Of a DNA stretch of 64,000 bases, positions 49,242 through 58,276 are shown in pieces. Each line of letters starts with the position of its first letter. Within the stretch, counting starts at the first letter, position 1. The notes under the pieces were generated by a model that made no database searches, was not told the DNA's origin, and was given only the letters and a program-made list of their open reading frames with translations. Source of the stretch: Desulfosudaceae bacterium (GTDB lineage: Bacteria > Desulfobacterota > Desulfobacteria > Desulfobacterales > Desulfosudaceae); contig CAXXDV010000001.1 of assembly GCA_963674745.2 (NCBI GenBank), positions 2,240,001 to 2,304,000 on the forward strand, given 5' to 3'. The position numbers and the translations under genes were made by a program.

Positions 49242-49511
49242 ATGAAATATTTGAACTGGAACTCTGATAAAAACGAAATTTTAAAAAAAGAACGTGGGAT
49301 TTCCTTTGAAGAAATAGCCTATTTGATTGAGTCTGGACAGATAATCGGAATAGAGGAAAATCCGGGGTACCCTGGTCAAAAAATGTATGTTTTGGAAATT
49401 GACAATTATGCCATCATGGTTCCTTACGTGGAAGACGACGCGGAAATTTTTTTGAAAACGGCTTTTCCAAGCCGTAAATACACAAAAAAATACGGTTTGA
49501 AGGGGGAATAA
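49242..49511 (+). CDS. Cassette 28: BrnT-like toxin
   Basis: WNSDKNE.LKKERGISFEE, VPYVE, FLKTAFPSRK. Confidence 0.82.
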   Translation: MKYLNWNSDKNEILKKERGISFEEIAYLIESGQIIGIEENPGYPGQKMYVLEIDNYAIMVPYVEDDAEIFLKTAFPSRKYTKKYGLKGE

Positions 49512-49807
49512 TGAATAGAATCAAAAAAAAGTCTTTTAAACCAATCGATCAGGAAGAGAAAGACCTGATGGAATCAATTGAACGTGACGAGTGGCGACCT
49601 GTTAAAAACTTTGATCGAGAAAGAAAGAAAGCTATAGAGGCTGCTCGAAACACTCTGAAAAAAGACAAACGAATAAATCTTCGTCTTTCTCAAAAAGATT
49701 ACCATCAAATACAAATAAGAGCACTTGAAGAAGGTATACCCTATCAAACGCTGATTTCAAGTATTGTGCATAAATTCCTGAACGGTTCTTTAACACCTAA
49801 ATCATGA
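49511..49807 (+). CDS. Cassette 28: RHH (CopG/BrnA-like) antitoxin
   Basis: RINLRLS, GIPYQTLI; TAATG overlap with the toxin gene. Confidence 0.82.
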   Translation: MNRIKKKSFKPIDQEEKDLMESIERDEWRPVKNFDRERKKAIEAARNTLKKDKRINLRLSQKDYHQIQIRALEEGIPYQTLISSIVHKFLNGSLTPKS

Positions 49808-49813
49808 AAGAAA

Positions 49814-49903
49814 ACAGAACCAAGCGGTGTCGCTGATGTCCACGGCTTGCATTCTTCGCTACGCTCAGGCAAGCCGCGCCACAGCTAACCGCAGACGTTA
49901 GGC
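49814..49903 (+). repeat. attC28, last attC of the array
   Basis: ACAGAAC...CGGCTTGC...GCAAGCCG...GTTAGGC. Confidence 0.85.
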
Positions 49904-50116
49904 TTTCCTTTGGCCTTTGCCGCTGAGGGTTTACACACATCAATTGCCATTTCTCCAGACCTGCCCAAGCGTTTGGGTTCTCAGGCGCTTAATAGGTTCT
50001 TTTATTCAAGGACCGTCGTTGTTGATAAAAAAAAGCTATTGATCTGGAAAAGTTTATTTACGGCGGGTTTACAAAGGAGAAAAGAGGATTGGGCTAAAAT
50101 TTTTTAGTATGCGCGT

Positions 50117-50152
50117 AAAAAAAGGGGGTTGTGATTTTCACAACCCCCTTTT
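50117..50152. terminator. Bidirectional intrinsic terminator after tRNA-Val
   Basis: AAAAGGGGGTTGTGA-TTT-TCACAACCCCCTTTT. Confidence 0.85.
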
Positions 50153-50160
50153 GGTGTTAG

Positions 50161-50235
50161 TGGTGGGCGATACTGGGTTTGAACCAGTGACTTCTACCGT
50201 GTGAAGGTAGCACTCTCCCGCTGAGTTAATCGCCC
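50161..50235 (-). tRNA. tRNA-Val(CAC)
   Basis: GGGCGATTAACTCAGCGGGAGAGTG-CTACC-TTCACAC-GGTAG...GGTTCAAACCC...CCCACCA. Confidence 0.96.
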
Positions 50236-50357
50236 TTTATGTATAACGTGGCAACGTTTTAAAATATGAATAGCAAATCGTTTTTTGCCGGTCAACAACC
50301 ATTTTGTGCCTGGCCAAAATTTTCGGGTGCGAACAAAAAGCCTTTTTTAATTTCGCC

Positions 50358-51341
50358 TTAATGTTCTTCAGGTTCTTCTTCGGCAGCTTCATCTGCCGCG
50401 TCATCACTTTCCGGTTGATCCTCATCCTGATCCGGATCAACAGCATCATCGTCTTGCGGCAAATCCATCTCCTGATCCTCGACGGCCGGCTCATCGGCGG
50501 ATTCCGTCGTCTCTGTTGCGGATGGGGCTAAATCAGATTCGTCGGTTTGAGCATCGGCCTCTGGGCCCGGCGCCTCAAAACCCGTTTCATCATCTTTCGG
50601 AATCTCCACGCCCAGCTGACGGGCAAATGTGCCATCCGCTGCTTCCGTGATGTCCTGACGTTCTCCCTGCTCAGATGAAACCGCCGTTTCCGGTTCCGGG
50701 CCGTTTCCATCCGGTTGGTCGGCTGCAGTCGTGTCATCATCCGGTTGAGCATCGCCCGACTGATCCGGCTGATCTTCATGGCCGGCAGCCACCTCTTCGG
50801 CTATACCGACCTGGCCGAATTCCTGAATTTCTTTTAAGGTCGGCATGTCACTTAAGCTTTTCAGGTTGAAGATTTCGAGAAACTTACGGGTGGTGGCGTA
50901 AATCAACGGCCGGCCGGGGATTTCTTTTTTGCCCAGAATACGAATCAGTTTTCGTTCCAGAAGGTTACGGATAATCGCGCCGGAATCAACCCCCCTGATG
51001 CGTTCCACATCCGCCCGGATGATCGGCTGGTGGTAGGCGATAATGGCCAGGGTCTCCAGGGCGGCTTTGCTGAGCCGGACAGGAGCGGGCTTGAGCATTT
51101 TTTTGATCCACTCCTTGTAGTCGGGCCGTGTTCTGAACTGAAAGCCACCGGCAACTTCGTTGAGCAGGAAGCCGCCCTGGCGGGCTTCGTGTTCCGTGAT
51201 CAGTTCATTGAGGGCCTCCCGGATTTCTTTTGCTTCGGCATCGGGAATGATCTGTTTGAACGTCCGTATATCAATGGGACTGTCGGCCACAAACAGCAGG
51301 CTTTCTAAAATGTTTTTCAAATCGTTGTGCATTGGCTTCAC
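50358..51341 (-). CDS. scpB: SMC-Scp complex subunit ScpB with long acidic tail
   Basis: LESLLF, LSKAALETLAIIAYHQP, RGVDS, GRPLIYATT. Confidence 0.93.
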   Translation of the reverse strand: MKPMHNDLKNILESLLFVADSPIDIRTFKQIIPDAEAKEIREALNELITEHEARQGGFLLNEVAGGFQFRTRPDYKEWIKKMLKPAPVRLSKAALETLAIIAYHQPIIRADVERIRGVDSGAIIRNLLERKLIRILGKKEIPGRPLIYATTRKFLEIFNLKSLSDMPTLKEIQEFGQVGIAEEVAAGHEDQPDQSGDAQPDDDTTAADQPDGNGPEPETAVSSEQGERQDITEAADGTFARQLGVEIPKDDETGFEAPGPEADAQTDESDLAPSATETTESADEPAVEDQEMDLPQDDDAVDPDQDEDQPESDDAADEAAEEEPEEH

Positions 51342-51348
51342 ATTTTTT

Positions 51349-51480
51349 ATGGCTTCGTAAAAAGCTCAGTATCTGTGTTGCGCTGCATCCTTCGGAATTT
51401 CACGTACTTCTATGTACGCGCCTCCTCAGGATTTGCGCGCCCCAATCTTAAGCTGGGGCTTGGACTTTTTACTTTGCCAT
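51349..51480. mobile_element. 132-bp MITE-like element between scpA and scpB
   Basis: TIRs ATGGCTTCGTAAAAAG / CTTTTTACTTTGCCAT (13/16 match); internal hairpins. Confidence 0.7.
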
Positions 51481-51495
51481 CCCAATTTTGACTTT

Positions 51496-52260
51496 TTAAA
51501 GGTAGAACAACCGAATAACCCCGCTCTCCACATGCTGCCGGATCGCAACCAGTTGCAGTTTGACCATTTCCAGCAGGGCCAGGAAAATGGCGATCACCTC
51601 GCTTTTTTGTTTAACATTTTCAAGGAGTTCAGAAAAAGTCAGGGATTTTTTCTGCTCCAGCTTTTCCACGATTTCAGTTATTTTGTCTTTTATCGATATT
51701 TCGTCTCTGGCCAGTATCATTTTTGAAGATGCGGGAAGCTTGTCAAGTACTTTCTGAAAGGCGTCAATCAGTTCGAACAAACCGACCTCTATCATGTCGG
51801 CGTCCGCATCCTGTCGGAAAGCTTTTTTATCGATGGTTCGGATAAAGGTGTCTTCGTTGAGTATGGCCCTGTTGCCGAGGTCTTCCGCGGCGGATTTGAT
51901 TTGCATGTACTCTTCCAGCCTTTTGGTGATTTCAGCGCGCGGATCTTCTTCGTCCTCCCCTTCGGCTGTGTGGGACGGCAGAAGGGTACGGGATTTGATA
52001 TTGGTCAGGATGGACGCCATGTATAGGAAATCGCCGGCCAGGTTGATGTTCAGCATTTTCATCCATTCGATATATTCCAGAAACTGCCCGGTGATTCTGG
52101 CTATGGGGATGTCATAAATGCTGACTTCATTTTTTTTGATCAGGTATACCAGAAGGTCCATGGGGCCTTCAAAAATTTCGGTTATGACCTTGTATGGTTC
52201 GCTGATTTCCCGTGTTTCTTCGGTTTTGTCCGTGTCTGCCATGGCACCGGTAATATTCAA
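51496..52260 (-). CDS. scpA: Segregation/condensation protein A
   Basis: FEGPMDLL, IKSRTLLP, FLALLEM; start uncertain. Confidence 0.93.
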   Translation of the reverse strand: MNITGAMADTDKTEETREISEPYKVITEIFEGPMDLLVYLIKKNEVSIYDIPIARITGQFLEYIEWMKMLNINLAGDFLYMASILTNIKSRTLLPSHTAEGEDEEDPRAEITKRLEEYMQIKSAAEDLGNRAILNEDTFIRTIDKKAFRQDADADMIEVGLFELIDAFQKVLDKLPASSKMILARDEISIKDKITEIVEKLEQKKSLTFSELLENVKQKSEVIAIFLALLEMVKLQLVAIRQHVESGVIRLFYL

Positions 52261-52280
52261 TAAGGTTGTTTGCTGCCGGA

Positions 52281-53267
52281 TTAAATCCCGATTGCCGATC
52301 GCACCTGGTCCATTGTCTGTTGCGCCACCCGGCGTGCCCGGGCGGTGCCGTCATTCATGATATCATCAACCAGTTGCGGCCGATCAACAAAATAAGCGCG
52401 TTTTTCCTGAATGGGCGCCAGACCCGTTATCAGGCTTTCGGCCAGTTTTTTCTTGCATTCAATGCATCCGATGCCGGCTTTGCGGCAATCCGCATTAATG
52501 GCGGCAACCGTAGCGTCATCCGTATAAAGCTTATGGAAAGAATATACGTTGCACACCTCCGGATCGCCGGGATCTGTTTTTCGGGCCCGCTGGGGATCGG
52601 TAATCATTTTTTTGGTGGTTCCCAGAATGGCCTCCGGGGTGTCAGCCAGATAAATGGCATTTTCATAGCTTTTGCTCATTTTCCGCCGATCCGTTCCAAG
52701 AATTCTTGGTGTTTCCGTCAGCTTGGCCTGAGGTTCCGGAAATACCGGGCCATAAAAATGATTAAAACGACGGGCAATTTCCCGGGTGATCTCGACATGG
52801 GGCACCTGGTCTTCTCCCACAGGCACGAGGTCGGCTTTATACATAATGATATCAGCAGCCTGGAGAACAGGGTAGCCGAGAAACCCGAAAGTGGAAATAT
52901 CTTTTCCGGTTAACTGTGCCATCTGATCCTTGTAGGTCGGATTCCGTTCCAGCCAACCCAATGGCGTCAGCATGGACAGGAACAGAAAAAGCTCGGCATG
53001 TTCTTTGACCTGTGACTGGACGAACAGGGTGGCTTTTTCAGGTGACAGCCCCACGCTCAGCCAGTCAACGGCCATCATCCGGGAAAATTCGGATAGTTTT
53101 CCTGTGGTTTCATAATCGGTGGTCAGGGCATGCCAGTCGGCAATAAAGAAAAAACAGTCAAATTCATCCTGAAGACGGACCCAGTTCGCCAACGCCCCGT
53201 GAAGATTACCCAGATGCAGCGGCCCGGTGGGACGCATGCCGCTTAAGATTCTTTTTTTTGTTGCCAT
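52281..53267 (-). CDS. trpS: Tryptophan--tRNA ligase
   Basis: SGMRPTG.LHLGN, YPVLQAADI, KMSKS. Confidence 0.96.
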   Translation of the reverse strand: MATKKRILSGMRPTGPLHLGNLHGALANWVRLQDEFDCFFFIADWHALTTDYETTGKLSEFSRMMAVDWLSVGLSPEKATLFVQSQVKEHAELFLFLSMLTPLGWLERNPTYKDQMAQLTGKDISTFGFLGYPVLQAADIIMYKADLVPVGEDQVPHVEITREIARRFNHFYGPVFPEPQAKLTETPRILGTDRRKMSKSYENAIYLADTPEAILGTTKKMITDPQRARKTDPGDPEVCNVYSFHKLYTDDATVAAINADCRKAGIGCIECKKKLAESLITGLAPIQEKRAYFVDRPQLVDDIMNDGTARARRVAQQTMDQVRSAIGI

Positions 53268-53323
53268 TAAACACTCCCGACAAAACAATCGTTCAATTCT
53301 GTTATTCAAAAATGAGGGATTCG

Positions 53324-53400
53324 GCCCGGATATGTCATGAATTTTTTCGACATAAAATGATGCTCAATACCGTATCGAAAAATTCATAAGATATCCGGGC
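53324..53400. repeat. 77-bp palindromic intergenic element
   Basis: GCCCGGATAT..ATGAATTTTT..CGA / TCGAAAAATTCAT..ATATCCGGGC. Confidence 0.7.
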
Positions 53401-54101
53401 TAACCGCCCGTGATAAATGCCAGCCCCGTGCTGCCAAGCGCAATATAAACCAGCGGTGTAATGAGATACCAGATAAAGGTAAACAGCCAGTCCGCCTTGA
53501 TCATCAGCAATAAAAGCACCAGTATTATACCGAAGCGATCCAAGGATGCAAATCGTTTTCGCATATGTGGCGGCAGGAAGACAAGCAGTATTTTGCTGCC
53601 GTCCAGGGGCGGAATCGGTATGAGGTTAAAAATGGCCAGCAGGCCGTTGATGATCACGGAGTAAGCACATATCAGCAGCAGATCCGTCATCAGAAACATG
53701 GCTGTCGGCCCCATCGGCATCAACGCCTGGGCCGCGAAAAGCGTCATCCTGAAAAAGATACCGGAAATTATCAGCAACGCCAGGTTGGCCATTATACCGG
53801 CTGTAGAGACCCAGAGCGTGCCTTTTTTCCAGTCCTTCAGGCGGGCAAAATTGACCGGCACCGGCCGGGCATAACCGAAAACAAAGGGCGCACCGAAGAC
53901 GCCCAGCATCAAGGGCAGGAGAAACGACCCGACCGGGTCAAGGTGTCGAATGGGATTGATTGTCACTCTGCCGGCACGTGCCGCGGTGTCGTCCCCCATT
54001 TTCAGCGCCGCAAAACCATGGGCGGCCTCATGGGCGCTGACGGCGAAAAGGAGGGGGACCACCATAACGACGATCCGGTTGATGTCAATTTCCTGAAACA
54101 T
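53400..54101 (-). CDS. Site-2 protease (M50) family protein
   Basis: HEAAH, FNLIPIPPLDG. Confidence 0.92.
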   Translation of the reverse strand: MFQEIDINRIVVMVVPLLFAVSAHEAAHGFAALKMGDDTAARAGRVTINPIRHLDPVGSFLLPLMLGVFGAPFVFGYARPVPVNFARLKDWKKGTLWVSTAGIMANLALLIISGIFFRMTLFAAQALMPMGPTAMFLMTDLLLICAYSVIINGLLAIFNLIPIPPLDGSKILLVFLPPHMRKRFASLDRFGIILVLLLLMIKADWLFTFIWYLITPLVYIALGSTGLAFITGG

Positions 54102-56787
54102 ATTGTTTGGCAATCTCCAACTCATCCAGGCGGGTCTTGACCTGCCCGTCCAGCTTGGCATTCAGGACCGTCCGGAGGATGTCACTGTAAATCGGACCGG
54201 ACGGAATACCGAGCTTTTCCAGGTCATTTCCTTTAATCAGCAGGTGCACGTTTTTCAGCTTAAGAATATAGTGAGAAATCTGTTTTTTCACATCATCTTT
54301 GCCGGCAATGGCCATGATATAAAGGATGAGTTCTGTTTTAAAAGGTTTCAAGTATTCGTAAAGCAAACTGTTTTTGACCGGTGAATCCCTTTTTATCAGC
54401 GACAGGGCATTAACCGCCTCAAACCGTTCGTAGGCAAAAATAGATTGATAACGGTTATTTATCTCAAAGTTGTGGCAAATTTCCAGTGTTGTTTCCCGGT
54501 CACAACGGTTGATCAGCACCAGAAAATATACGGCCCATTTCATGTATGTCTTTTCCAGAAACAGCAGGTCGTACCAGGACACCACATCCCTGACCGATTC
54601 AAGTGCTTTTAGTGTCGTTTTGTTGATTTTGATAGCCGGATGAATAGCGGGCAGCAGCTTGTATTCCGCCAGCCGTTTAATCGCCGGTACGGGGTTGTCC
54701 TCCTCTAATATCTGGCTTATCTCTCCGAACACCCGGCGCCCGCTTAATCTTTTGAAGAAGTTCATTTTTACCGCATTGTCAATCAGGCTGGAGGTCATTT
54801 TGCCGATGGTGAATCCAAACCGTTGTTCAAACCGGATGGCGCGGAAAATACGGGTCGGGTCTTCGACAAAGCTCAAGTTGTGAAGTACGCGAATGGTTTT
54901 TTCCTTGATGTCCCGCTGGGCTGAGAAAAAGTCAATCAGCATGCCGAATTTATCCGGATTCAGAGAGACGGCCAGCGTATTGATGGTGAAATCCCGCCGG
55001 GCCAGATCGAGCTTGATAGAACTCATTTCAACCGTCGGCAGTGCCGCCGGAAACTGATAGTATTCCAGTCGGGCAGATGCCACGTCAATTTTAAACCCAT
55101 CAGCAAAAGTAAGCACAGCGGTACCGAATTTACTGTGATAGTGGACCCGCGCATTCATGGTTTTGGCCAGTTTTTGAGCAAACGCGATACCGTCTCCTTC
55201 GATGACCAGGTCAACGTCTTCTGTCAGACGGTAGAGGAATAAATCCCGGACAAATCCACCTACGACATAGGCACTGAAGCCGATATCAGAGGCGGTTTCT
55301 CCGGCTGCCTTGAGAATACTCAATATACTATTCGGCAGTCGTTCAATCATAAAACGATTGATATTTTTTGTGTTGGGACGTACGGAACCATCCAGATAGG
55401 CCGGTTGCTGCTCTTTTTCTCTTTTGCTTTTCGACACCAGAAGGTTCAGCAGGTCGGTCCGGGTTATAACCCCCAGAAGCTCATTATCTTTGACGATCGG
55501 CAGGATGCGCTGATGCCCCTCAATGATCCTTTCCTGGATTTTAGGCAGCCCATCTTCGGGGTCAGACAATGAAAAATCGGTTGTCATGTAGTCGCTTACG
55601 GCTGCCTCGCCCAGGTCGTGATAGAGGGCTTTTTCGATGACCTGCCGGGTAATAAAACCCAGCAGGGCGCCGCCCTGATTTTCCTTTTCGGTGATCAAAA
55701 GGGCATTAATGTTATAACGGGTCAACAGTTCACCGGCCTGTCGGCAGGAGATCTCGGGTGTCGTTGAAATTACCGGAAACGACATTACATCTCTGGCCCG
55801 GATTTTGGATTGGATCTGTCGGGTCAGCTGTTTTAACAGGTGCTGTTCAGCCTGTGGCAATGTCATATTTTTGATGCTGGCGGAAGCGGCATAGGCGTGC
55901 CCGCCGCCCCCGAAAGGGATCAGTGCATGACTGGTATCAACCTCGGGGATTCTGGATCTGCCGACGACATATATCTTATTACCCATCTGGGCCAGCGCGA
56001 AAATAACGTCCAGGCTTTTCATTCGCTGCATCTTATGAACCAGAAAAGCGAAATCAGGCACATAATCATCCAGGGAGATAGAGACAATGACGACTGAAGT
56101 GCCGTTTATGTCGTGAATGCGGGAGTTTTTGATCATGTTATTTAGAATATCCACCTGTTCCGGTGTCATTTCCCTGGAAATAATATTGGCAATGGTATTC
56201 AGGCTGGCCCCCCGGGACACCAAAAAAGCCGCAGCTTCGAAGTCCCTGGGCGTGGTGGAGGAAAAGGTAAAGGAGCCGGTGTCCTCATAAATCCCCAGCC
56301 CCATGACGGTCGCTTCATCCGGTGAGATCGGTATTTTTTCTTTTTTAATCCGTTCGATCAGGATGGATACCGCGGCGCCTACCTCTTCATTTACCTGCAT
56401 GTCTGCCGTAATATCGTTTTCCGACACAGGATGATGATCATAAATATGGATCTCAAGCGACTGGTCATCAAGCAGTTCGGCCAGTTGTCCGATACGGTTT
56501 TTCTGTTTGGTGTCAACAATGACCAGCCGTTCAATTTCAGAAAAATCGATGTCCCGGATGTTTTTCATGTTAAACAGATAGGCCATGGAACTGATAAAGA
56601 AATCGCGAAGATTCTTTTCGTTGGAACCCGGCAGAACCACAATTGATTCCGGATACAACTTCTGGGCCGCCAGCACGGACGCGATGGCGTCAAAATCCGA
56701 GTTGACGTGAGTGGTAATCACCGTGTTTTTTTTCTTCGATGACTGCTTTTCAGGTGTGTTCAGCATTCTATTATTGACATTATTCAT
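54085..56787 (-). CDS. tRNA nucleotidyltransferase / poly(A) polymerase family protein with DHH and CBS domains
   Basis: DFDA, YDHH, GGGH, CBS pair, VGGFVRD, DVD, RRDFTIN, EDPTRI; start uncertain. Confidence 0.88.
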   Translation of the reverse strand: MNNVNNRMLNTPEKQSSKKKNTVITTHVNSDFDAIASVLAAQKLYPESIVVLPGSNEKNLRDFFISSMAYLFNMKNIRDIDFSEIERLVIVDTKQKNRIGQLAELLDDQSLEIHIYDHHPVSENDITADMQVNEEVGAAVSILIERIKKEKIPISPDEATVMGLGIYEDTGSFTFSSTTPRDFEAAAFLVSRGASLNTIANIISREMTPEQVDILNNMIKNSRIHDINGTSVVIVSISLDDYVPDFAFLVHKMQRMKSLDVIFALAQMGNKIYVVGRSRIPEVDTSHALIPFGGGGHAYAASASIKNMTLPQAEQHLLKQLTRQIQSKIRARDVMSFPVISTTPEISCRQAGELLTRYNINALLITEKENQGGALLGFITRQVIEKALYHDLGEAAVSDYMTTDFSLSDPEDGLPKIQERIIEGHQRILPIVKDNELLGVITRTDLLNLLVSKSKREKEQQPAYLDGSVRPNTKNINRFMIERLPNSILSILKAAGETASDIGFSAYVVGGFVRDLFLYRLTEDVDLVIEGDGIAFAQKLAKTMNARVHYHSKFGTAVLTFADGFKIDVASARLEYYQFPAALPTVEMSSIKLDLARRDFTINTLAVSLNPDKFGMLIDFFSAQRDIKEKTIRVLHNLSFVEDPTRIFRAIRFEQRFGFTIGKMTSSLIDNAVKMNFFKRLSGRRVFGEISQILEEDNPVPAIKRLAEYKLLPAIHPAIKINKTTLKALESVRDVVSWYDLLFLEKTYMKWAVYFLVLINRCDRETTLEICHNFEINNRYQSIFAYERFEAVNALSLIKRDSPVKNSLLYEYLKPFKTELILYIMAIAGKDDVKKQISHYILKLKNVHLLIKGNDLEKLGIPSGPIYSDILRTVLNAKLDGQVKTRLDELEIAKQYVSGN

Positions 56788-57028
56788 TGCGATGTAAAAG
56801 GTAAATGCTTTAACATATGATACACGGTGACATTTAGCAAGCACATGGGGTGATGATGGAATAAAAAAATAAACTTATCACTATCATTAATAGCGGCGTT
56901 CTGGTATATAATTACTTGAAAATTATTATTCAATTGCCTATACTGACGAAAATAAGTTCATATACCGGGAAAGCTTCAAATATGCTGACGCTGTAGACGA
57001 ATCTTATCGAATACAAAAGGGGGATATT

Positions 57029-58237
57029 ATGCCGGTCTACATCTGGGAAGGCAAACGCCGGGATCAGAAACAAAAGGGGGAGATGGATGTCGCTGATGAA
57101 GCAGCGGTACGTGCCCAACTGCAGCGAATGGGCATTGCTCCGACAAAGATAAAGAAAAAACCCAAAGACCTTTTTGAAAATGTTGCCTTTCTTCAGCCAC
57201 CGGTAAAACAGGAAAATATTATTCTTTTCTGCCGGCAGTTTTCCACCATGATCGATGCCGGTTTGCCCATCGTTCAATGCCTTGAAATTCTTCAGGTACA
57301 GGAAGAGAATGCGACCTTTAAGAAAGTTTTAAAAAGCATAAAAACAGATGTCGAAGGCGGTCTGACCCTGGCCGACGCATTGAAAAAACATAAACATTTT
57401 GACTCGCTCTTCGTCAACATGATCGCCGCCGGTGAGGCCGGTGGTATCCTCGACAAGATTCTGCAGCGGTTGTCATCTTACCTGGAAAAAAATGCCAAGC
57501 TTCAAAGACAGATCAAGGGCGCCATGATGTATCCGGTTATTACGATTGTCATCGCCGTTGTTGTTGTTATTGTCATCCTGGTGTTCGTTATTCCGGTTTT
57601 TGAGGCGATGTTCGCCGATTTCGGTAAAGAGTTGCCTGTTCCCACCCAGATTGTTGTCGGCGCCAGCCGAATCGTAAAAAGCAAAATACTTTACATTATT
57701 GGCGCTATGTTTTTGTTGGGCGTTGCCTACCGGCAGTTTTACAAAACCGAAAAAGGCAATCTGATTATGGACGGTATATTCCTTAAGCTTCCGGTTATCG
57801 GCGTCGTCATCCGTAAATCCGCCGTGGCCCGTTTTACCCAGACCATGGGCACCATGCTCTCCAGTGGTGTCTCAATTCTGGACGCACTGGATATCGTCGC
57901 TAAAACCGCCGGTAATAAAGTGATTGAAAATGCCGTTTATTTCACACGGGCCGGAATTGCTGAAGGGCGAACGGTGGCAGATCCGTTGGCTGAAACCGGC
58001 GTCTTTCCATCCATGGTCTGTTCGATGATCGCGGTCGGCGAGTCGACCGGTGCCCTTGACGCCATGATGGAAAAAATTGCTGCTTTTTATGAAGAGGAAG
58101 TTGATGCCGCCGTTGAAGCCATGACCTCTGCTATCGAGCCGTTGATGATGGTCTTTCTGGGGGGGTTGATCGGCGGTCTGGTCGTTGCCATGTATCTGCC
58201 CGTATTTAAAATGGCGGGCGCGATCTCTGGCGGATAA
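57029..58237 (+). CDS. pilC: Type IV pilus platform protein PilC (GspF family)
   Basis: RQFSTMIDAGLP, AGEAGG.LD, VGESTG.LD.M, AMYLPVF. Confidence 0.92.
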   Translation: MPVYIWEGKRRDQKQKGEMDVADEAAVRAQLQRMGIAPTKIKKKPKDLFENVAFLQPPVKQENIILFCRQFSTMIDAGLPIVQCLEILQVQEENATFKKVLKSIKTDVEGGLTLADALKKHKHFDSLFVNMIAAGEAGGILDKILQRLSSYLEKNAKLQRQIKGAMMYPVITIVIAVVVVIVILVFVIPVFEAMFADFGKELPVPTQIVVGASRIVKSKILYIIGAMFLLGVAYRQFYKTEKGNLIMDGIFLKLPVIGVVIRKSAVARFTQTMGTMLSSGVSILDALDIVAKTAGNKVIENAVYFTRAGIAEGRTVADPLAETGVFPSMVCSMIAVGESTGALDAMMEKIAAFYEEEVDAAVEAMTSAIEPLMMVFLGGLIGGLVVAMYLPVFKMAGAISGG

Positions 58238-58276
58238 TCTTTCGTTGTGAGATAACCGCCGCGGATCGCAAGGGTA

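Larger units (their letters stand above)
25659..49903 (+). mobile_element. Integron gene-cassette array, 28 attC sites, no intI in window (CALIN-like)
   Basis: AT-rich single-ORF units. Each starts with GTT-core bases complementary over 7-10 bp to its own 3' ...AAC end, followed by a palindromic attC. Confidence 0.96.

Noticed and set aside
26566..49903. CRISPR array interpretation of the recurring repeats
   Set aside because: The repeats are 59-130 bp palindromes separated by whole genes, with attC core sites; no cas genes are present.
49910..50107. A 29th cassette ORF after attC28
   Set aside because: No complementary ...GCCTAAC end or attC follows, and the ORF is short with a weak TTG start.
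50161..50235. tRNA-Val as the attachment site of an integrated island
   Set aside because: I found no duplicate of the tRNA 3' end at the left boundary, and cassette crossover sites explain both array edges.
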